A DNA stretch of 64,000 nucleotides from Yuukianura sp. NJ FZ-2021 (taxonomy: Eukaryota), in NCBI GenBank assembly GCA_046563655.1, contig CM102290.1, positions 9,052,001-9,116,000 on the forward strand, in the 5' to 3' direction. The stretch's first letter is position 1, and each line of letters begins with the position of its first letter. Positions 54,501-64,000 of the stretch are shown here, piece after piece. Made by a program: the position numbers and the translations under genes. Below the pieces are notes generated by a model, which worked only from the letters and a program-made list of their open reading frames with translations, ran no database searches and was not told where the DNA came from.

Positions 54501-55326
54501 AGGTTGGTTATATACTCAAGGTCCTCATCGTTTTCAAAAAGTTTTACATCATTATAATTCGCTCGTTTCAAACTTATTGCTAGAGTCTAGAATTTAACTT
54601 CCCTCGTTGTTACATGGCATTATAACTTTCACAACTTTGACTCAGCGAGAAAGCTGATCCTACTTTCACTACTTCCACAAACACCGGAAGTAGAAGTAGA
54701 ATGCTGCCGTCTCCAGAAGCAACGACTCTAGCTACCGTGAACCAATCCTCACTTTACAGAAACATTATTACGGGTTAAAAAAATTTTTAAATAGTTTTCC
54801 ATTTAAAAAAACATAGTTGTTAGGCTTCTTTTTCTCACCAAAACTCGTTAAAAGCTATTCAAAAACAACAAGGAATGCTTTCTTCATGTGTTGGAGAATG
54901 TTCAAAAGAAAACAAAATTGTTCAGGGCTGTTTTGAATTTGACATGAATTCCCCCGAGTATTTTTGGTAACACGGAAAATAGATAACATTCGTGCGTTTG
55001 TTAATAAAAAGTGGAGGTTTAAATGTTAGCCCGTTCTCCTAGTGAACTGTTTTTGTAACATACGCCCATTATAGTTTTATTCAATTTCAAAAAAGTAAAA
55101 GTAGTAGTATTATGATTAATTTAGTCCTTATTTGAGCAATGGTCGGAATGGAAGGGAGCGAAACAGTTTACAGTGAACGCTGAAGCGAGCAAATGATGGT
55201 CATTTTGAGTTCCTACTAAATTTTTATATAGTTTCCGGTCCAATGGATCTCAGGAGGATTTAAGTGAGTTATGATGAGGTTACTACTTTGGTACAGCTAG
55301 AGACACCAATGACCCAGACGTGACCT

Positions 55327-57394
55327 TTACGTAATTGTGAGTTGGGCATTTGGGTCATCATATTTGTCTCTGTAAGTATAGAACAGCGTTTTGAGACCTT
55401 CCACGTACTTGGTATGCATGGCATCAATGTCTTCCTGGCTTGGTTCACTAATTTTCGGCACAGGAATGGGTTTTCCAACTAGTAGAAATGGGAATTTGGC
55501 AAATAAAAAATTGGTGAAGGCAAGCCTCGTTTTTTTACAGAGTTTTTAAATCCTAAATTTATAATGGAAGACTTACCGACGGTGTAAATTGGCTTCCGCT
55601 GAGGTAAAAGTCCTAGAAAATGAGCCTTATAAATTTAGTTTGTGAGCCAGCGACGATTCATACACTTTTTAAAGAAGCCGAAATGGGAAATACTTACCAA
55701 AAGAGTACTGAAAAACTCCGCGTCCAAGGAACAGAACGGGCGCCAATCCAGCAATTCTCTGCAGCTTATTTTGAAATTTCCTTAAACGTCCGCCCTGTAA
55801 AAAGATTGAACACGAGAAATTTTCAAACCTGAGCAGAAAGCGTCATGGCTGGTCCTCATGATGAAGCTATATAGAGAGAAGCGTACCTCTGGATTGTTCA
55901 CTTGGTCATAAATATTAGTCTCTCCAAAGGAAAACACCGGAACGAGGGAGGCTCTGGAGCCATTACATTTACATAGACATTAGTCAATGTTGTGAAGAGA
56001 TTTAAAAGAGGCCTTACCCGTTCCGAAGCGCCAGTTTGATAAAACCCTTCCGATTCTTCAGATGGCAAATGTAGGAATCAGGGTGCGAATCTAATTCAAA
56101 GATTACAATTTAGCACGACTAGAATGTAAACAACCTCAGTTCAGCTTTGACTCAATTCAAGTCTTTCTGTTCAACTCTGTTTGTGCTTCAACACACGACC
56201 GTGACCTTTTGAACAATTCAAAAGTCATAATGTACAAAATTGGTTTCGAAAAAAAAGTCTAAAACCTACCCAAGGATTCCGGTGCTCCACCTACAACTAA
56301 AACTGCAGCGTGGCCTCCGTCTGGATGACTCAGGAGGTAGTTCATGCTGGACTTTGACGCAGAGCAACATCCTAGAAAAAGTCATTTCATTGGCATTACT
56401 CTCCCACGTCATGTTTCAGAGATCAACGGTGGGTTTGCGGTCAAAGGCAGAATAAGTTTGAATTGGGAAAAGCTTTTACCAGTGCTCATCAGGAATTCTC
56501 GGTAGAAGGGAAAGGAATAGTGTCCCTCGAGAGTGAGTAAATGTGGTGTAATTCCTGGAAAGACTTTTCCAACGTCTTGACCTTCCGTGGCAAAGCTTCC
56601 AAAGGCTCCACTGCATAGGACACCGTGTGGATGAGATCCAAACAGATAGTTCTTGGACGGATCCAGTTCCGTTGTTTTGACTAGGTGGATCGGATAGTAG
56701 TTGTTGTACCACTTCCAGAGTCTCCAATTTCGCAACCAAGCTGACCTACAAGCCATGCATAAACTTCCCATTTGTAGTCAAAACTATTAAGGCTTTCTGT
56801 GGGACCGTAAAATATTTTTTCGTGGGTTTACCGCCTTCCACCGCGGTTACAAGTCTCCTTGTCGTAGATGAGCCAAGCCAAGTACAGAACTGACACGAAC
56901 CCAAAACGCGTAAAGAGGAACAAATAGGACAAAAAAATAATTCCCATTGGACCCATCACGAAGAAAGTTGAAATCCATATAAATACAGCCAAGGTTTCAC
57001 GGCGCCGTTCCCTATGAACGGCGTAAAAAATAGCTACGTTTCATTTTTGAATCATTCATATCCAGAACATGGTAGTGTAAAACTTTAATTAAGTTTTTTA
57101 ACGTGGTTTCTGGAAATTAACTCACCAGGGAACGTCAAGCGGAGCAAATTCGACTCCGAGGACTTTCTTTGACTTTCTCTTGGGACTTCCTCCTCCGCTG
57201 TTCAAAGGGAAAGAAACATGTTCATTTTGTCAAATAGTTTGTTGTTTTCGTCAAACGACGACGGAAACGTAAACAACTTACTTCGCCAGCTCCCTAACAT
57301 TGGAATTCGCATCTCGACGTACAGAGGTGTTTGGAGTGTTTTGCTCATGCTCAGTGGAGCTACTGTCTGAATCGTTTGCAGAGTCTGACTTCAT
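55327..57394 (-). CDS. Monoacylglycerol/diacylglycerol O-acyltransferase (MOGAT/DGAT2 family), ~385 aa
   Basis: Exons 57394-57282, 57197-57126, 57011-56832, 56745-56480, 56371-56270, 56090-56018, 55953-55887, 55794-55698, 55612-55577, 55478-55327 (TAA), 1158 nt. Motifs VEFAPLDVPWERRRET, YYPIHLVKT, KNYLFGSHPHG, VVGGAPESL, NRKGFIKLAL, LVPVFSFGE, TVVGKPIPV. Confidence 0.93.
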
Positions 57395-60300
57395 TCCAAT
57401 TAGAATCCAGCACTACTGTAGACTGCGTTGTCTCGCGACGTTACGTCGTACCTCCAGGCACCAAACCCTTTTATATCTAAATTCAAATAAGAACTAAATT
57501 CAATTTCCTATTGTTACCAACACCGCATCTCATACCCTACTATTCAGGAAGTTTGTTCTAAGGGCTATGTACAAACAAAGCGGGGACTAACAGATTAGAA
57601 TGTTGGACGGAAATGAAGTGCCAATCTAATTCTAAATTCTAATCTGACATTGCCAGAGAAGCGGGGAGTGACACGTTCCTCGTTGTATCTTGTGTATAAA
57701 ATATTAAAGTAAGACCAAAAGCACTTAAATGTTTTCAACACCAAAACTTCCGTTCAAAACATCACCCAAACTAATCTGACTCACCAGCAACCTTTGAAGC
57801 TTTTGTGCTTTGGAGTTGGAGATCTCCTAAGAAAGCAAAATTCTAGGAATCACTCCTGGTTTCTCGTATGCTTAATATATGGTGCCAAATAACAGAAACT
57901 CTTCATTTATTTATTTCTGACTTCGAGAATGCTATCGAGTCATGTGTGGCAAGAGGCTACTCAAACTAAACGTGGTCGAGATAGACAAGAACCCATGTAG
58001 TACTTGTTTTCTACTGGAGTTCTAAAACAACGGTCAATCAGTGCATGCATCTTCCTTATCATGGACCAAATTCAAGTGCTTGAATAACATAAGCACTATA
58101 ATCCATATGCCACTTATCGTTAGAGATGCTTTTTTCAAATAACTTTCTGTCAAAAAATTACTTGACAAATAATCTCATTGCCGTTGTAGGGAGATTATCA
58201 CCACGGCAGACTAGGAAAACATGATAGACGCTTAGAATCTAAGGGCACACAGACCTTGACCTAAGGACGCTGGAGTGTTGTGAATAAGCCTCATGAATAA
58301 GTTGTCGAATAGACGGAAACCTATGTGCTCTTTGTTATGACTTCCAGGTTTTGGTTGTCTCTGGGGACGTCGTTTGACGTTGATTTTGTTTTGAAGTTAA
58401 GGTGGAACTAGGGAATGAGTTGGAGGGGAAAGTTGAGCTGATTGAATTAAGTGGAAATGATGGACAGGGAAGAAAGTGGGAGACTGGATGTTGGAAGTCT
58501 CATATTTCCCACAGATTTGATTAGGGCCTATGGTTCGACGTAATTTATTGCAGTCTCGATCCAGCCCTATCCATTCAATTTCTGGAAGTGGCCAGAATGG
58601 GCTCCGTGACCACGGTTCTATGGAATCTCAAAATGTACCACATTCTCCCTTCAAATTGAAAACTGAAATTGGAAATGATTAGCTGACTATATACTTGGCT
58701 CTGTATTATACATATGAGAATGCACAAGTCGGCATCTTTTGACGTCTTAAGTCAATTTGGCCTCAATTCTCTTCTGGATTCTGGACATTGTTTCCGTTCC
58801 GAGAGCCATAGATGAAAACGAGTTCCAAGGAGTTGACAATCAAAAGGCAATTTGCGGGTTCCTATTATGTCCCAAGAAATTCAAAATAGAAACTTCTGAA
58901 AATAACCTGAAGAAACTTGAAGATTAATTTCCTTAAATAGTATATGAAGCTTTTAAGAATGACTTGCTAAGCAAAATGCGTCGTCGAGGTGCAATATGAT
59001 CTTGCGGGAGTTGGTGTTGGTGATCAATTTGGGAGGGAAAGTTCGAACAAAAGCAGGTAAGGCTTTCTCTTCTGTCAAGTCCAAATTGGAAGAAATTAAT
59101 TGTTGGGCGCTCTGCCTTTCAATTGATGAAAAAAGTTGGGGCGGAGTTCTCTTGTTACAGGTTGAGCAAGAAATGCGAGACAACAACTAATTCGTTGTCG
59201 TATCTGGAAGACGACGATGTCGACCGAACTCCGTTCTTTGAAAAAACAATGAAATAGAATCTTTTGGCGCCACGGCAGTGAGAGATCTAGAAAGGATTAT
59301 GTGACCACCATTTGTCATTTTGTCCTGTCTTTCTGCAATTTGAGAAAACAGCGGAAGCATCTAATGATTTCATTCATTTGGACGCTCCTTTGTATTGAAC
59401 GCGCAGCTACAATTTTGAGTTCATACCTGTCTTTCTATGGATTTTTCATTTTCAAGTTCCACATTTTTTGAAAACACTGACAACACGGAGTCTAAACAAA
59501 AAGTTATCAATATTAACTAAGAAACACAAAAAACATCGCATCACTCCAGTATTAATAAAAGCATGGATGTCTCTAGAGTCCGGAGGTTATGCAGCTAGTT
59601 TGAGATATAAAGTTTTTACACTATATTTGAAAAATGCAAAAATTATAGCTCGGTAATAGCTTTATAGTATTTTTTTCGTTAATTCACTCTTCAATTCTAG
59701 CATTTTTGTGCGCAATAAAAAAAACGTCCCATTTTTCAAGCGAGAGCGAAGTTGTTACATGAAAAAGGAGTAAAAGTTTGTAATGAAATTGATTAAAAAC
59801 TACGTTTTTGTAATTAAATTTTCAAACTTTACACCAACTGCAACTTCGCCAGTTAATTGAAAGGAGTATGGGAGAAGCATTACTCTATCACAATTCTTCG
59901 TTTCCGGTTCCAGTTTCCATGAAAACAAGAAAGATGACTTTTGTGGCCCTTTTTTGTCCTCTACTTTTGCAGAGCCCTGGCATTCAAAAATTTAGACACA
60001 TACTTTAGCGCGATTAAGATCAAATCGGAAAAGAAGAAAAAAAATTATACCTGAAACTATACGGATGTGTAAAATTTGTTTTTGGTATTATATTGAATTT
60101 GGCTACAAAAAGTTGGATTTGTTCACCCGTGATTGAGTTGTCCCTTTACTTTACATGTATTTAAACTTTCCTGTTTTTTTTATTGGAAACGAAAGTTCGT
60201 CTATTGGAGTCCTATGTAATTGGCTTTTTTCCGGCGTTTGTATTTGATTCTACGTGTATCGCTGAACAAATCTTGTGTGTTTGTACTCCAGTAAAAATAG

Positions 60301-62066
60301 ACCAAAACCGATTTTCCCCACAAAAACACAGAGGGAATTTGTTCTATCTCGCTAGGAAACTTTTTTCCTGCATTTCCCACTTTGTTTCTCAGCAAAAGAT
60401 TGTTGAATTGGAACTGATTTGAGGGTGAACTAGGGGACGAAACTTTAGTTAAATGGGAAATCGATCCATTAACTTTCTATGTCAATTCGACCTTTCTTTT
60501 TAACCAACACCAACATCTCCACAACACAACCAAAACTTTTTCCGTCGTCGTTTACTTACTTTTTAAGTTTAACTATAAAAACCAATTTAATCCATGTGAG
60601 CACGAAGGGGACCAAAGTTTGAGACCTTGGCGTTCGTATGGAAGCACGCCATGGTTGTCCAAAGTACGATTCGCCACCAAATTGTAAGCATGAATCTTAC
60701 ATTGTCTTTCAAGTCCAAAGCTACACAAACTGTTATTGACCTTCCGAATTAAGCACAGCAAAGGACACAAGGGAGACATTTACAAAAATAAAAATAACTC
60801 TGTATAGTGCTTAGAGTCTAAGCTGTAAGTTGGTCGTGGAGGTAACTTGAGCTTTCCCAACGTTTTTTTTTTAATTTAATCTTTGTACATTTTTATTTTA
60901 GGAACTTCAGCTACCACAACATTCCTTTGATAATGTCGTTAGAAACTGGCGACATTGGCCTTACTTTTAATGGTTGCGTTGCAGGAGGAGGAGGAGAATT
61001 TTACATACGAGAAACGACTCAACCTACTGTCCTGCGATGAATCTTCTGGGTCCCTTCAGTTTAATAACCTCATTTTTTAGTTTTGATTAATGAAATGAAG
61101 GATTTCGCTTCCGTTTTTGACTGCATTTGTTTTCAAAAACAAAATCCAATTCCTAGCCTTAAAGGTATTCTTTTAAAAAAATGGACTGGCAAAATTAATC
61201 AATGCTGAATTAAGCAGACACAAAATCTTTTTGTTCCACAATGTTTTAATTGTAGATTTCAAGTATTGTTACATGAAGTTACCTATCTGCTAAATTGACT
61301 TTTGATAAAGATAATACAATACATTACAAGAACGTAATAGCAGGAGACAGATTGTTTTGCGATATTTTTTCACAGAATTGGAAGAATTTGAAGAAAGTTT
61401 GATATTTGAAATATGATTTTGAAACTTAGGATTAATGTCAATGTCTACTCATTGCGTTAACAAGTTAACAATAAAAATTTAAGTCGTTTGTGATCCCGTC
61501 CCTGTAAGGAAGGTTACGTTCTGATAAATTACAAGTACGAAATGGTATTTTTCATTCCTTTAACATACAAAGTGCATCTCCCAAGGTCCATTTTGCTTAG
61601 GAATATTATTTGGATTGGGCTACATGTAAGAGAAGGTTTAACTTTGACTTTAACGACTTAAAATTCTGGGTTTTTTGATTCAGTCTCCGTTTCGCAGTTT
61701 ACTTTCTGTGTCTAAATCTAGCGTTTGTATAGTTTCATAACTTTGGATATGTTGCAATATTAACTTGTGGAATTTTTTGTGACGTTGGGAAATTTAAAAT
61801 AATTAAATAATTTTAGTTAGTTTATGAAATGCGGGAAGGGAAGACGCAGATAATTTTTTTTTTACAGAATTTCGCAAAGACTCCCGCGACAGTCGCTTGG
61901 AATGGATGTTTTGGCAGGAATTCCAGCCGTGGAAAACAACGAGAGTCTTCCCGCCGTACTTCTCCGATGGCATCCTATTTCATCATTTCATATAGAAGAA
62001 TTAGCACCATTTAGAAATCGCTTTACATATAACTCTTCAGTTGGGAAGCGTTGAAATTTTATGCTG

Positions 62067-64000
62067 TTATGAGACTAAACATAGGCTATTACTGCTTAAT
62101 GTACCTCCAACTAGGAAGGATCCTCCGGACGATGACGTTTTGACCAAACTGGATTTGCCAGAGAGATGACCCGAGTCAAACCTTGGACGTCCCTTGCCCT
62201 TACCCAGTCTTCTGTCTTCCATCTGAAGCAGATAGGCATGAGGATGCTCATCTAAGATTCCTTCGGCTATGATAACATAATTTTCAAAAGTAATTGAAAG
62301 CATAATTTAATTAATTAAATACATTCATTAAATATATTTTAATTCCGGTATAGTTAGGTTAGTGCCATTTAAAAACATGTAATTGACTAGACCTGAAAGG
62401 CAAAGCGTAACTTTCCCCAAAACTTCGTCCTCCCCGCCTTCACTGTAGTTCCATACAGTGACATCTAGGACTTTCTCTTTCAAATCACTCCCTGTCACGT
62501 TTGGATACACTGTATAAACAGTGCCAATTTAAAGCATTTTTTGTTTCAAATATTTAAAAAATTGTTGTAAAACGGATTACCCATAGTTTGATTCCACGCA
62601 GGCGTAAACGAGTGCATATGACGTGTTCTTCTCTGATTCTCAACAACTTGTTCAGGCATAATGGAAACGACAACGTAAGGCTCCATTTCCAGGGCAGAAA
62701 TGGCGTCAAGGGCTTGTTGCGGCAACTTGGCTTTGATCACTGTGACGTAGAGGACATTGGCCTTGGGGTCATGACAAATTTGAAGCTTAATTTGACCTTT
62801 GGTAAACTTAGCTCCTTTGCGTCTAGTATTTACTGGTCTACTTCCGGGCATTGAAGTAGATCGAAGTCTTTGTTTCCAGGACAGTCCAGGAGATTGAAAA
62901 ATGTCACTGCTTTGGAAATGGTCAATGGCAGTGACTTCTGGTAAAGATTGTCGATTAATAGAAATTGTTCCAGTAGAAGTATTTGTGGCCTCGGTGGAGG
63001 TGGACGGCGAGTCAGGAGGGTCATAGCCCACTTCACGAAAGTGTTTCCGTTTCAGAGTCTCTAAAACCAAAAGGCTTCACTAATTATTTCGATTTGGATG
63101 ACGAATTCAGACGTTACGTTCATGTTGAAATCTGTTCCAAATAATTTGGTTTAAATAGCGGTGAGCACCTTCACTCCCATCGTCGTGACTTTTTGAAATC
63201 ATGTCAGTTGAGGGTCCAGTGGAGTTTTTCGGACTCATTCGATTTTTAACCGAACCAAGTCGATCTCCTGTTCGAAGTGATTCCGGCCGAATATTAATAT
63301 TCCCATCAGAATCACGAGAACTTTCATACCCAGCGAAGTCTCGACCAGTCACTCGAGCTTTTCCAGTGATGATGTTGTAGTTACTAGAAAATCAAAAAAA
63401 AAATGTGCAAAATCCGATAATTTTATTATTATCACTAATAAGAATAGTAAGGCCTCCCACACAACAAAGCGTGGACATAGGCATTACGGAATTTCAATTT
63501 CCAGTTTCGAAGTTTTTTGGACACGAAAAATGAGAGCGCAGATCACTTCCAGTCATGTTTAAGAAAATGTTTGTGCAATTTCGTACCATCGTAGCACCAA
63601 TTCCACTTCACCCTCTGGATTTCCAATGATCGTTTGTACTTCCTCAAACGTTTTATTGTCTAAAGTAATTCCGTTCCATTCCAGAACTACGTCTCCTACA
63701 AAAATAAAATAACGACTTTGTATTGTATGCAACTAGTAAAACTGCAAAAGTAGTCTGAATAGTTTCAAATAAAAATTGAAATAAAATGGATGGACGCATT
63801 TTTTTTTTTGAATTTTGTACTTTCTTTTTTACTTTGAAGAATTTGACCCTTACTAGGATGTAAGCCTAAGAAACTTTCAAACATGACACACCTTCTTTAA
63901 CATCACCCAAAATTTCCGGGCCTCCGTAAACCTTGGCGACATAGGCAGCAACTCGCCCTCCAGAAAACGGAAGTTCCTTGCCACCAACTATTTTAAGACC
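62067..64000 (-). CDS. Piccolo/Fife/RIM-like active-zone scaffold, PDZ + C2 domain, 3' part (continues beyond window end)
   Basis: Phase-consistent exons >64000-63892, 63695-63587, 63383-63169, 63060-62581, 62509-62393, 62266-62067. The PDZ domain GLKIVGGKELPFSGGRVAAYVAKV...GDVVLEWNGITLDNKTFEEVQTII...EVELVL matches the Piccolo/RIM PDZ pattern. C2 domain: GQIKLQICHD...LYVTVIKAK...PYVVVSIMPE...RRTR...PAWNQTMVYPNV...LDVTVWNY...LGKVTLCL. Confidence 0.85.

Overview
Intron-rich, AT-rich animal genomic DNA, probably arthropod; the species cannot be determined from sequence alone. Hand-splicing at GT-AG boundaries with phase checks gives eight protein-coding genes: (1) the 3' half of a TMTC1-like O-mannosyltransferase (+); (2) an unusual ~811-aa protein with a low-complexity N-terminus, a PH domain and a divergent actin fold (-); (3) an Hsp110/HSPA4-type chaperone with an upstream heat-shock element and a shortened C-terminus (+); (4) glucosamine-6-phosphate deaminase (-); (5) a half-length EEA1 (+); (6) a hidden two-coding-exon ~96-aa single-pass membrane microprotein ending in a PDZ-ligand motif (-ETV), alone in a ~23 kb gene-poor interval (+); (7) a MOGAT/DGAT2 acyltransferase (-); (8) the 3' part of a Piccolo/Fife/RIM-like PDZ-C2 gene (-). 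There is also a young 5'-truncated LINE with poly(A) tail and target-site duplication, and a 197-bp MITE. The two most interesting items are the PH-actin fusion and the spliced microprotein, neither of which is evident from the ORF track. All family assignments are by motif recognition; no database search was run.
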